A stretch of DNA of 36,053 nt from a virus, in IMG/VR virus record IMGVR_UViG_3300037047_000060, positions 1 to 36,053 of that record; one strand, 5' to 3'. Of the stretch, positions 7,955 to 16,613 are shown one piece after another (the first letter of the stretch is position 1; each line of letters starts with the position of its first letter). The notes beneath the pieces were generated by a model. That model was given only the letters and a program-made list of their open reading frames with translations. It searched no databases and was not told where the DNA came from. A program made the translations under genes and the position numbers.

Positions 7955-8362
7955 ATGATTTACTATGAAAAGACAAATCTAAACTTTAGAAACAAAAAAA
8001 CTACAGATTGTGTCGTCCGGGCAATAACAGCAGCATCTGGAAAAAAATACAACGAAATACTTGATATGCTTATAGATGAATACAAGAGAAGTGGAAATCA
8101 CATTGCAGATCCAAAAAATTATTCAAAAGTAATTAGTGAACTAGGATTCATAAAATATGCCCAACCAAAGAAATGGGATAAGAAAAAATACAGAATAGAT
8201 GAAATCGAAAAAGTAGCAGATGCAGATACTCTAATTATTAGTGTCAATAAACATTTAACATGCATTAAAACGATAGATCATAGAAAATTCTTAATTGACA
8301 CATGGGATTGCAGAAACAAATACATCCGAAATTATTGGATAAAGAAAGAGGTAAAGAAATGA
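7955..8362 (+). CDS. Hypothetical protein with a possible papain-like Cys/His/Asp arrangement
   Basis: The ATG at 7955 follows gaggt. The motifs TTDCVVRAI ... NKHLTCI ... IDTWD resemble a cysteine-peptidase triad order. This is a weak inference from pattern only. Confidence 0.35.
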   Translation: MIYYEKTNLNFRNKKTTDCVVRAITAASGKKYNEILDMLIDEYKRSGNHIADPKNYSKVISELGFIKYAQPKKWDKKKYRIDEIEKVADADTLIISVNKHLTCIKTIDHRKFLIDTWDCRNKYIRNYWIKKEVKK

Positions 8363-8805
8363 ACAACGAAATGATGAAGAACATCTTGCTAGAAGTAGCA
8401 AAGATAGAAAATAATCCAAAAAAGGTAGTAACACTAGAGATTGCTACAGTGAATGAAAACAACCAATCAAAACAAGTGATTGTAGCCATCCATGGCAAAG
8501 GATACAACATTAGAAAAGAAGCTAGAGATGTAAATCCAATCTGCGAAGTAATGGAGTCAACCATTATAGAAGCGATGATAATGCTAGAAAAGGATATCAG
8601 ACCAAAAGAAGAATCAGATGCATGCGTTATCAAAGCTGCAAGAGAAGCAAACGGACTGGACCAATTACAAGCAGCAAATATCTTAGGAATTACCAAGCAA
8701 CAACTCAGCACATGGGAAAATGGAAACAGAGTTCCGGGAAAAATAAACAAAGAAAAGATATCCAAAAAACTAGGGTTTCCAGTTGAATACTTCGATAAAG
8801 AGTAA
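8359..8805 (+). CDS. XRE-family helix-turn-helix regulator with an N-terminal extra domain
   Basis: The C-terminal GLDQLQAANILGITKQQLSTWENGNRVP is a classic HTH_XRE signature. The ATG at 8359 follows agaggt. Confidence 0.75.
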   Translation: MNNEMMKNILLEVAKIENNPKKVVTLEIATVNENNQSKQVIVAIHGKGYNIRKEARDVNPICEVMESTIIEAMIMLEKDIRPKEESDACVIKAAREANGLDQLQAANILGITKQQLSTWENGNRVPGKINKEKISKKLGFPVEYFDKE

Positions 8806-8833
8806 AAAGTATACACGATGTAAACAAAGTGCA

Positions 8834-8862
8834 TTGACAAAGTAAGCGGTAGCGACTATAAT
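8834..8862 (+). promoter_or_regulatory. Consensus sigma-70-type promoter P3
   Basis: TTGACA (8834-8839), a 17-nt spacer, then TATAAT (8857-8862). Its -35 region (TTGACAAAGTAAGCG) resembles P1 and P2 (TTGACTAAGTAAACG). Confidence 0.8.
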
Positions 8863-8889
8863 AAATCTAAAATGAAAGGAAACAGATAT

Positions 8890-9126
8890 ATGGCAATCAA
8901 ATCCGCAAACGCTGAAATCGTCAAAGCACTTATGCACATTGGCAACATAAAGCAGAATCAACTAGCAGAAATCCTAGGAATAACTAGGGTAGCAATGTCG
9001 CATAAGATAACTGGCAAAAGTAAGATATTCCCAAAAGATGTAAGTAAGCTTAGTGAACACTTCAAAGTTAAAGAAGAAGTCTTCTATCAAGAAGATGTGA
9101 AAAGTATACTAGTCATAGAAAAATAA
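8890..9126 (+). CDS. Cro/CI-type HTH regulator
   Basis: IKQNQLAEILGITRVAMSHKITGK is an HTH motif. The ATG at 8872, about 10 nt after the -10 element, is an alternative near-leaderless start. Confidence 0.7.
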   Translation: MAIKSANAEIVKALMHIGNIKQNQLAEILGITRVAMSHKITGKSKIFPKDVSKLSEHFKVKEEVFYQEDVKSILVIEK

Positions 9127-9142
9127 AATAGGAGGTTCTAAT

Positions 9143-9466
9143 ATGACAGAACAGGAAAGAAAAAAAGAAGTAAACGAAACAATCTTTGAGGCTCAAAAAA
9201 CAGTATCTGAAATTAAGATATTTTATGGGCAGATATCAAAAAATATTCAATCCCAGACCTGCGAGAAAAATGAAATTGAATCCGCAATTGCAGGAGCAAA
9301 AAACAGACTAAGTAGGCTAGGTGTAAGTCAAGAAGAAATTGATAAAATTGACTTCTATCTAACAGATCCAACAGCGAAGTTCATCATGTGGTGCAATCAA
9401 AATGGGCTACAACCAAAAGATTATAAGTCATTAGAACGTTATCAAAAGGAAGTAGGGATATCATGA
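9143..9466 (+). CDS. Hypothetical protein
   Basis: 107-aa ORF with RBS taggagg upstream. Confidence 0.65.
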   Translation: MTEQERKKEVNETIFEAQKTVSEIKIFYGQISKNIQSQTCEKNEIESAIAGAKNRLSRLGVSQEEIDKIDFYLTDPTAKFIMWCNQNGLQPKDYKSLERYQKEVGIS

Positions 9467-9993
9467 GATTAGCAGAGATTAGAAAACAAAAAAAAATAAG
9501 CAAAAGCGAACTTGCAATTGCAGTAGGAATTAAAGAAAAAATTATGGTAATGATTGAAGATTACAGAGTACTTCCAACACCAGATACTATGATAAAAATT
9601 GAAACAGCACTGAATGCAGATCGTCTTCAAATTTACTCCAGGGAAGAGATTAGACTACTAAGAAAAAAGAACGGTAGAAATGACATTCCAGATGATTATC
9701 CATACTTTCATATTCACGTAAGACTTGATAGAAAGTTCAAGAATTTATTTTCAAAAGAAGCACTTAAAGAAGCAGGATATAAAAGCTTGAATGATTGGTT
9801 CATGAGAAGAGCATATGACTTAATCAAACGCATAGAGTACGTCACCGAAGCAAAAAAGAAAAAAGACCCCGCATACCTTCCGCCAGAAGAAATTAGAGTC
9901 TTATTTGACAACCCATTTATTGTCAATAATAGAATATCAAAAAATCTATTAAATGTCAATGGGAAGGAAAATAGGAAATGTCAAGAAGAGTAA
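9463..9993 (+). CDS. HTH-domain protein
   Basis: The N-terminal ISKSELAIAVGIKEKIMVMIEDYRVLP is XRE-like. The start overlaps the upstream stop (ATGA). Confidence 0.6.
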   Translation: MRLAEIRKQKKISKSELAIAVGIKEKIMVMIEDYRVLPTPDTMIKIETALNADRLQIYSREEIRLLRKKNGRNDIPDDYPYFHIHVRLDRKFKNLFSKEALKEAGYKSLNDWFMRRAYDLIKRIEYVTEAKKKKDPAYLPPEEIRVLFDNPFIVNNRISKNLLNVNGKENRKCQEE

Positions 9994-10631
9994 AATACTT
10001 TGGTGGACAGCATCAAACATGGCCAATCAAAGATCCAAGGGAACTAGAAAGATTTATGTTTCAATTATTAAAAAAAAGAGAATCAGCAAAAACACCAGTC
10101 AAAAAAGAGCAAGCGGACAGAAACTGGATGCTATGTGTCCTAGGATTTAATACAGCACTCAGAGCAGAAGATTTGCTGCAGATAAGAGTCAAAGATGTTT
10201 TAAAAGGTTATGTATCCATCAAGGAAAATAAGACCGGGAAAATGCAAAATTACAAAATGAACAAGCAACTACATGATGACATCTTAGACTATATTCAAAG
10301 AAACAATTTGACTGAGTATGATTACATGTTCATGGGTCAGAAAAAGATACATCAAGGCAAGAAAATATACCTACCTATAACAAGGCAACAAGGACACAAA
10401 ATCGTATCAGATACTGCAAATGAAGTAGGAATAGGATATACATTCGGATTGCATAGTTTAAGAAAGACATTCGGATATCACTACATATTAGGTGGAGGAT
10501 CCTGGCAAACACTTTCAAAGATGTATAACCATAACGACATCATAACGACTCAACTATATGTTATGTGGGATTTAAATGATGCTCAAAAAGAAAGAGTTAA
10601 AGTTTATATTGGCGGAGTCCATAAAAAATAG
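9978..10631 (+). CDS. int: Tyrosine recombinase / integrase (short form, essentially the catalytic domain only)
   Basis: Box I GFNTALRAEDLLQIRVKDV, box II HSLRKTFGYHY (HxxR) and a terminal TTQLYV tyrosine. Only 217 aa. Confidence 0.8.
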   Translation: MSRRVKYFGGQHQTWPIKDPRELERFMFQLLKKRESAKTPVKKEQADRNWMLCVLGFNTALRAEDLLQIRVKDVLKGYVSIKENKTGKMQNYKMNKQLHDDILDYIQRNNLTEYDYMFMGQKKIHQGKKIYLPITRQQGHKIVSDTANEVGIGYTFGLHSLRKTFGYHYILGGGSWQTLSKMYNHNDIITTQLYVMWDLNDAQKERVKVYIGGVHKK

Positions 10632-10651
10632 AAAGAGAAAAGGTATTTAAA

Positions 10652-11437
10652 ATGGCAAGAAGAATGTTCTCAGATCAAATAACCGACAGCGACATGTTCC
10701 TAAACATGCCTGTATCAGCACAAAACTATTACTTCCATCTTATCTCAAAAGCTGATGATGATGGGTTCGTAAAAAACCCTATGGCAGTCATGAGAAACGT
10801 AAAAGCAGGTCAAGATGATTATATGCTTCTGATAGCAAAAAGATTTATAATCGCATTTGATAACGGAGTGGTAGTTATAAAGCATTGGCGAATCCACAAT
10901 CTAATAAGATGGGATAGATACAAACCTACAGTTTATCAGGAGCAAATGGCACTGCTAGACATGAAAGAAAACAAAGCTTACACACTAAAAGAAATCCAGA
11001 ATCCATCAGATTTATTCGACTTAATAGAAGAAGAAAATGACTCTGGCAACCAAATGGCAACCAAAGATAAGTTAAGAGAAGTTAAGTTAAGAGAAGTTAA
11101 GAGAGATAAACCTGCGCAAATAACATCGCAGGAGGTTATTCAAGAAGAATCATTGCAGGATAGATTCGAACGCTTCTGGAAAGCATATCCAAAGAAGAAG
11201 GCTAAAGATAAAGCTGAGTCATGGTTTAAAAGAAGAAAACCTACAATAGAACTTGTTGACATCATGATAGAAGCAATTCTAAAGTTTAAAAAGACCGAAG
11301 ATTGGATAAAGGAAGATGGTAAATTCATACCATATCCTGCAACATGGCTAAATGGTGGACGATGGAAAGATGAAATTGATAGTGATATTGTTAAAAGAGT
11401 TGAAAGCAGATGGGGAGGGTTCTTAAATGCTGAGTAA
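10652..11437 (+). CDS. Phage replisome organiser / replication initiator (N-terminal Phage_rep_org-like domain)
   Basis: The N-terminus MARRMFSDQITDSDMFLNMPVSAQNYYFHLISKADDDGFV... is typical of the replisome-organiser N-domain. The gene contains an internal DNA tandem repeat. Confidence 0.7.
   Translation: MARRMFSDQITDSDMFLNMPVSAQNYYFHLISKADDDGFVKNPMAVMRNVKAGQDDYMLLIAKRFIIAFDNGVVVIKHWRIHNLIRWDRYKPTVYQEQMALLDMKENKAYTLKEIQNPSDLFDLIEEENDSGNQMATKDKLREVKLREVKRDKPAQITSQEVIQEESLQDRFERFWKAYPKKKAKDKAESWFKRRKPTIELVDIMIEAILKFKKTEDWIKEDGKFIPYPATWLNGGRWKDEIDSDIVKRVESRWGGFLNAE
11069..11105 (+). repeat. Perfect 15-nt tandem repeat (aagttaagagaagtt, 2 full copies plus a partial) inside the replisome organiser gene
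   Basis: 11069-11083 equals 11084-11098, followed by the partial copy aagagag. It encodes KLREVKLREVKR. Confidence 0.85.
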
Positions 11438-11954
11438 AAAAGTATTTGTACAAGGTATGGAACTTCTAAATGCATTCTATGTATACTTCAAACTTGACTT
11501 AGACAATCCACTTGTACAGCAAGTATGGTACATGACATTCAAAAACTTATCAGATGCGGAATTCGAATCATTAATACAAAACTATATGATGGAAAATTCA
11601 AGACCGCCAGACTCACCTACAAGACTTATAGAATCCATGAGAGATAAAATAGCAAGTAAAAATATAAGTGGCGAAGCTGCATGGGAAAATATATTATTAA
11701 TGCTCAGAAATAAAAAGTATCAAGGATACAATCCATCATCAGGAACAATCTACTACATAGAAGATATGATAAATGATATAACAGATCCTGCATTAAAAAA
11801 AACTATATCAGAAATGAAATCTCAAATTAAAGACTACACAAATGAATGGGTAAGAAAAGAGTTCATAGAAAATTATGAACTAAATGTTAAGCAACAAGTA
11901 AAAAAAATAATAAGTATAGACTTCAACATCAAAGCAATTGATTATAAGAAGTAG
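11427..11954 (+). CDS. Possible helicase-loader-like replication protein
   Basis: Position directly after the replisome organiser. The N-terminal region is reminiscent of SPP1 G39P-type loaders. Assignment is tentative. Confidence 0.4.
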   Translation: MLSKKVFVQGMELLNAFYVYFKLDLDNPLVQQVWYMTFKNLSDAEFESLIQNYMMENSRPPDSPTRLIESMRDKIASKNISGEAAWENILLMLRNKKYQGYNPSSGTIYYIEDMINDITDPALKKTISEMKSQIKDYTNEWVRKEFIENYELNVKQQVKKIISIDFNIKAIDYKK

Positions 11955-11965
11955 GAAGGAATCTA

Positions 11966-12232
11966 ATGGAACAAAAAATCATAGAAGTACCTATTGAATT
12001 TATAACAGCTATGATAGAAGAACATGGAATCAATCATACATTAAAAAGAGATCAGAATTTATATATAAGTAAAGAAGATGATGTATGGGTAGCATGCGAC
12101 AATACAAGCGGTGACTGCAATATCGAAAGTTACAAATCAAAGAATAGAGCAATCAGATACTTACTTGGCGAAGATCCAGAATCACTTGCAGAAGAAGAAG
12201 AGTGGGATGATAATGCTTATAACGTCAAATGA
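11966..12232 (+). CDS. Hypothetical protein
   Basis: 88-aa ORF with RBS aggaagg upstream. Confidence 0.6.
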   Translation: MEQKIIEVPIEFITAMIEEHGINHTLKRDQNLYISKEDDVWVACDNTSGDCNIESYKSKNRAIRYLLGEDPESLAEEEEWDDNAYNVK

Positions 12233-12551
12233 GAATCATCACACTAAAGAGCAAACAAAAATAACCGAAGAGTTTGCAGCAGAAGTATCCAAAAGATATG
12301 GACTGACAGATTATGAAATAAGATGGATAACCAGATGCCCATTCATACAATTTAAAAAAAATGGAATCATCATATTCGAAACAGGTGTATATGAACAAGG
12401 ATACTCACTATCAAAATGTATAAAACCTTTATACTATCAAAACATCATAACAGCAGCAAAGAACAAAGAAATAGTATTCAATGAAATAGATAAAATCCTA
12501 AATACCAAAACAAATAAAACGATCACTCAAATTTCAATATTTGATATCTAA
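12207..12551 (+). CDS. Hypothetical protein
   Basis: The internal ATG at 12207 or 12213 of track ORF 12111-12551 avoids a long overlap with the upstream gene. Confidence 0.55.
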   Translation: MIMLITSNENHHTKEQTKITEEFAAEVSKRYGLTDYEIRWITRCPFIQFKKNGIIIFETGVYEQGYSLSKCIKPLYYQNIITAAKNKEIVFNEIDKILNTKTNKTITQISIFDI

Positions 12552-12564
12552 ATCGGAGGCTAGA

Positions 12565-13530
12565 ATGAGTATAGAATTTATAGAAGTTAAACAGTACACA
12601 GTATCAGAGTACTTAGTAGAGTTAATGAATGAATATGGAGCAAAGTTTGGAAATGAAATAGCATATCGAATTGAAGATAAAGAAACAGGAACAATAATTG
12701 TAGAAGCGAACCTAGGAATGTATCTGGAAAACTATCAATTAATAGATCCATACATTATGATGAAAGCAAAAATTACAGCGATAGAAAAAACAACAACTTA
12801 TTATGAATTTAAATATGGACCATTAGCTAACAATGCACCACTTAAAGCGAAGACAGATAAAATAGGTTACATCATCCAGATCGATACAAAAAAAGAAAAA
12901 ACAGCAACTGAATCTACAGAAGAAAAAGTGTTGATATATAGTATCGAACCAGAATACATCGAGAAAATTGCAAATGGACAAAAGACTATAGAAGTAAGAA
13001 AGAGAAGATTGCCACAATGGGCGATTGATAAGATAGAAAAAGGCGATGTAGTAAACGGTTATGGTTATTGCACAAAGAGCAGATCAAGGTTGGCACAATC
13101 TCCAATAGGACGTATATTCATACAAAACAAACCAAAACTAGGACGTGAACTAAACGGTCTAGTAATTGTTAAATTTCAAATAACAGGTGATGATGAAATA
13201 ACTCATGAACAGATCGTAACTGATAAGTTCGGACTAGATGAAACAAATTATGAATACATGACTGAAAAAATGAGAGAAAAAGAAATACTTGAAAAATCAT
13301 GTCTAAGTCTAGATAAATTGCTTTATTATCATGATGGTAGAATCTATGCACACTATCTGAGCAATGTAGAAAAGATAGAACCAATCAAAATAAACAATTT
13401 TTACAAAGTACTCAGTGAAAGAGAAAAAAGCTTGCTATGGGAAATGGATCTGCCGATGTGGAAAAGAATAAAAAAAGCACCACAATCATTCATGACAGCC
13501 TACATATATGGAGGAAATAATAATGGATAA
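12565..13530 (+). CDS. Hypothetical protein with an ASCH/PUA-like central segment
   Basis: The ATG at 12565 follows cggagg. The segment VLIYSIEPEYIEKIANGQKTIEVRKRRLP resembles an ASCH domain core. Confidence 0.5.
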   Translation: MSIEFIEVKQYTVSEYLVELMNEYGAKFGNEIAYRIEDKETGTIIVEANLGMYLENYQLIDPYIMMKAKITAIEKTTTYYEFKYGPLANNAPLKAKTDKIGYIIQIDTKKEKTATESTEEKVLIYSIEPEYIEKIANGQKTIEVRKRRLPQWAIDKIEKGDVVNGYGYCTKSRSRLAQSPIGRIFIQNKPKLGRELNGLVIVKFQITGDDEITHEQIVTDKFGLDETNYEYMTEKMREKEILEKSCLSLDKLLYYHDGRIYAHYLSNVEKIEPIKINNFYKVLSEREKSLLWEMDLPMWKRIKKAPQSFMTAYIYGGNNNG

Positions 13531-13720
13531 AGCATTAACAGCAAAGCCCGGACAAGCTGTAAAAGTTAAAATCAATGGCGAATGGGTAGATGGAATATAT
13601 ATCCAAACAACAATGTTCCACATTAAAGTAGCAGTTTTATATAATGGTGAGATAAGACAAATTAATGCAGAACATCATCAAGTAAGAGATTTTAAATCGA
13701 GAGTGGGTGTACCTAGATGA
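13523..13720 (+). CDS. Hypothetical small protein
   Basis: The ATG at 13523 is 7 nt after ggagga. 65 aa. Confidence 0.55.
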   Translation: MDKALTAKPGQAVKVKINGEWVDGIYIQTTMFHIKVAVLYNGEIRQINAEHHQVRDFKSRVGVPR

Positions 13721-14301
13721 TTGTAGAAACTCCTGCAGGAAAAGGAAGATATGGAATCATATTAATAGATCCACCATGGCAACTGATGAGAGGTGGAAAA
13801 ATGAAAAAAAAGCCGAATTCATCAGGAATGCCAGTTCCATACAAAACAATGGCACTAGAAGAAATCAAATTATATATCCAAAATATAGTCAGTGAATCAC
13901 AAGAAGCAAATCTATTTATATGGTGCATTCAAAAGTACTACATAGAACTTGATAAGATGATGAAAAGCTTAGGCTATAAAAAACACACAGACATCATATG
14001 GTCAAAAGGAAATGGTCCATGTCCTGCATTCACAATGAGAATGACTCATGAGTACCTGCAGTGGTGGTACAAGCCCGGACACATTCTAATGCCAATCAAT
14101 CCAGGACATCATGCAACAGTCATACATGAACCCAACTCAGACCATAGCAAAAAACCAAAAGCAGCATACGAATTGATAGAATCAATGTTCCCAGATGCAA
14201 TGAAATACGAAGTGTTTGCAAGAAAAGAGAGAATCGGATGGGATGCATTCGGTGACGAACTAGGAGGAAGTGGCCATGGGCGATGTGAAGAAACCAAGTA
14301 G
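13717..14301 (+). CDS. MT-A70 family DNA N6-adenine methyltransferase
   Basis: YGIILIDPPWQ (DPPW catalytic motif) plus the C-terminal HSKKPKAAYELIESMFP...ARKERIGWDAFGDE, typical of the MT-A70/Dam-like phage family. Confidence 0.85.
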   Translation: MIVETPAGKGRYGIILIDPPWQLMRGGKMKKKPNSSGMPVPYKTMALEEIKLYIQNIVSESQEANLFIWCIQKYYIELDKMMKSLGYKKHTDIIWSKGNGPCPAFTMRMTHEYLQWWYKPGHILMPINPGHHATVIHEPNSDHSKKPKAAYELIESMFPDAMKYEVFARKERIGWDAFGDELGGSGHGRCEETK

Positions 14302-14671
14302 CGTAAGAAATCGAAAAGGGGAAGTGTGGAAGTTCTTAGGAACAAAGCACCTGATCAGCAATTATGGAAGATGTTACTCACTAACATTTAAAAGAATTAT
14401 AAAGCAATTTAAAAACAACAGTGGGTACTACAGAATCAAAGTAGGAACAAAATGGCACTTCACCCACATCAAAGTCGTAGAACTGTTTGGCGATATCAAC
14501 GGAGTGAATCTAGCACACATAGACACTCTAGTAGGAAATGGACTATCAATCGATCACATCGATAGAAAAAAAAGAAACAACAAACAAAGTAATCTAGAGC
14601 TAGTCACACATCAGGAAAACTGCCAAAGAAAGTTCAAAAAAAACGATAATGATGAGATATCAGATAAATAA
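14270..14671 (+). CDS. HNH homing endonuclease
   Basis: GLSIDHIDRKKRNNKQSNLELVTHQENCQRK is an HNH_3-type motif. Confidence 0.8.
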   Translation: MAMGDVKKPSSVRNRKGEVWKFLGTKHLISNYGRCYSLTFKRIIKQFKNNSGYYRIKVGTKWHFTHIKVVELFGDINGVNLAHIDTLVGNGLSIDHIDRKKRNNKQSNLELVTHQENCQRKFKKNDNDEISDK

Positions 14672-15470
14672 CGAATCAGCACGTGCATGGTGCATCAGAA
14701 ATCAAGTAAGTTATCCAAAAACACTTAAGCTCATCAAATCTGGAATAGAAGAAGAAGAAATAAAAAAGATATTAGGGAAGCGATACGAAGCAAGAACAAT
14801 CGAGCAAGCAACATCCATAGCAGCAAAGAAATGGATGAACGCTAAGACGAGAGAAGATAGAATCGCAATCAGATCATGGTTCACAAAGCAATACGAGGAA
14901 CATCCAAGATACAGCGAAATGTGGGATAAGATAGTCAATGGTCAAGCACAAATTAAATGGCTACCAGTCGAAGGTTATCCCGGATATGAGATTAGCAACA
15001 ACGGAATCTTAAAGAAGTACCTGAAAGATGTATCACTGGTACTCAGACCACATAAAAAAAAGAAATGGAACAAGTCCAGAACAAAATGCAGATATCATTT
15101 ATTCGTAAAAATATACGGACCAGAAGGAATGAAGTATATCAAATTAGCAAAAATAGTAGCAACAGCATTCATCAGACCTACAGATAACTTATATATTCAT
15201 CACATCGATGGGAACTACAGAAACTGCAGAGCTGATAACTTAGAATTGGTAGATAAAAGTAGCCATGGACAACTCACAGGATATCAGAAAGACCAATCTA
15301 AAGTTATACAACAGTTGGATGCTGAAGGAAACATAATCAAAGAGTACAGATCATCAAGAACAGCAGCAAAAGCATTATTCGTAAGTTATCAAACAATCCT
15401 AGACATATGCCATGGCCGAATTAAAAGAGAAGCGATTGTCAATGTCAGATTTAAAAAGGAGGAAAAATAA
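14649..15470 (+). CDS. HNH homing endonuclease with NUMOD-like modules
   Basis: WLPVEGYPGYEISNNGILKK (NUMOD4-like), IHHIDGNYRNCRADNLELV (HNH), and the C-terminal EYRSSRTAAKALFVSYQTILDICHG (NUMOD1/IENR1-like HTH). Confidence 0.8.
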   Translation: MMRYQINNESARAWCIRNQVSYPKTLKLIKSGIEEEEIKKILGKRYEARTIEQATSIAAKKWMNAKTREDRIAIRSWFTKQYEEHPRYSEMWDKIVNGQAQIKWLPVEGYPGYEISNNGILKKYLKDVSLVLRPHKKKKWNKSRTKCRYHLFVKIYGPEGMKYIKLAKIVATAFIRPTDNLYIHHIDGNYRNCRADNLELVDKSSHGQLTGYQKDQSKVIQQLDAEGNIIKEYRSSRTAAKALFVSYQTILDICHGRIKREAIVNVRFKKEEK

Positions 15471-15766
15471 TGGAAGAGCTTAACTTTGCAGAAGAAGTCA
15501 AAAAAGCAATAAATATATTTAAGAATCATGAGCCATCAAAAAAAATGGCAATAGCAGTTAATGATCATGGACTTAAAATTATAAAAAGAAGTTCTATGTT
15601 AAAAGATGAAGAAGAAGTACTCAATCGGAAGATTTATAAAACAATGTATGGATTCCCAGTTTATCACATTAAAAACATGCCAAATGAGTTCTTGGTAGCA
15701 GAAGAAGAGTATATAAAAGATTTCTTGAAAAATGGTTCTAAGATAGGGGTAATTGTATGTTGCTAA
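15470..15766 (+). CDS. Hypothetical protein
   Basis: 98-aa ORF with RBS aaggagg upstream. Confidence 0.6.
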   Translation: MEELNFAEEVKKAINIFKNHEPSKKMAIAVNDHGLKIIKRSSMLKDEEEVLNRKIYKTMYGFPVYHIKNMPNEFLVAEEEYIKDFLKNGSKIGVIVCC

Positions 15767-16230
15767 AACTAGAAAGAGTAAGTACAGATTATAGTGAAGG
15801 AGGAAATAAACATGTGTTTACAAACGGACATCACAATTATTATGTGGTATCAAGCACAAGTTTAGATCCAGGAAAATACTACGAAATCAACCTGTATGAA
15901 TGTCAAGACGTAAGAGTGAACAGATACTACATAGATGACATCAAATCAATCTCAAACGAAATTGAAGCTGCTCTAGAACTTATGATTGATGAAGCACTAG
16001 AACTTCTAGGACACGAAGAAATACTGAAACTGCCATTCCATGAAAGTATGGAAAAAGTTAACAAGATTGCAAATGCACTTCATGAGTCAAAAACAGCATG
16101 CAGCAAAATAAGACAACTTGAATTATACAAGGAAGCATATGAGATATTCATGAATAGAGTCTGCGAAATCACAGCAGAGGAAAGAAAGCGAATCATAGAG
16201 ATTGCTAGAAAGATAGAGGAAGAAAAATGA
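15757..16230 (+). CDS. Hypothetical protein
   Basis: 157-aa ORF in a packed gene array. Confidence 0.6.
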   Translation: MLLKLERVSTDYSEGGNKHVFTNGHHNYYVVSSTSLDPGKYYEINLYECQDVRVNRYYIDDIKSISNEIEAALELMIDEALELLGHEEILKLPFHESMEKVNKIANALHESKTACSKIRQLELYKEAYEIFMNRVCEITAEERKRIIEIARKIEEEK

Positions 16231-16508
16231 TAAAACTAACTTATGTATTAATGGGCAAAGGTACAAAGAATGGAATTAGATTATTCAATGGACAGTTTAT
16301 AAAGACAGAAGAACCCATTGATGCAGTCTACTATGGATCACAAGGATATGTAATAGGCAACGATGAAGAGTCATGCTTAGCACAAATCAGACCAAAGCTG
16401 AAAAGAAAGTATGAAGGTATCAGAATACTAAGTATAGACATCATTGAGAAAACCCCAAAAGAAGAATTACAGGATCATAGTACCACAAGTAAAAAAAGGC
16501 TCATTTAA
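16227..16508 (+). CDS. Hypothetical protein
   Basis: 93-aa ORF. Its start overlaps the preceding stop (ATGA). Confidence 0.6.
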   Translation: MIKLTYVLMGKGTKNGIRLFNGQFIKTEEPIDAVYYGSQGYVIGNDEESCLAQIRPKLKRKYEGIRILSIDIIEKTPKEELQDHSTTSKKRLI

Positions 16509-16613
16509 CGGAAACCAAATTTATTGTAATATTTTTATAACAAAAAGAAAAAACAAAAAACGAGTTAAAAGCCTTACTGACTTGCAAAGTGTATCAAACG
16601 ATTTAAAATAAAA

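Noticed and set aside
8265-8840. Minus-strand ORFs in the track, such as 8265-8840, 4743-5177, 32868-33239, 20135-20479 and 27366-27683.
   Set aside because: All lie antisense within longer + strand ORFs that have recognisable homology or strong RBSs. Their translations are low-complexity (S/L/F/I-rich), typical of shadow frames of AT-rich, purine-skewed coding strands. No RBS or promoter support was seen.
9953-10150. Short + strand ORFs nested out of frame in larger genes: 2405-2620, 9953-10150, 13707-13895, 18304-18489, 22734-22928 and 34786-34968.
   Set aside because: Each overlaps a longer, motif-supported gene in another frame (tail protein, integrase, MT-A70, Dcm, MetK, DGR target). 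None has independent support.
13783-13790. Additional CUGAUGA(G) matches inside coding regions: 13783-13790, and others near 1247, 1993, 6497 and 10753.
   Set aside because: They have no nearby GAAA strand, no GUC/H17 site and no helices in the hammerhead arrangement. They are explained by the codons for L-M-R, A-D-E and similar runs.
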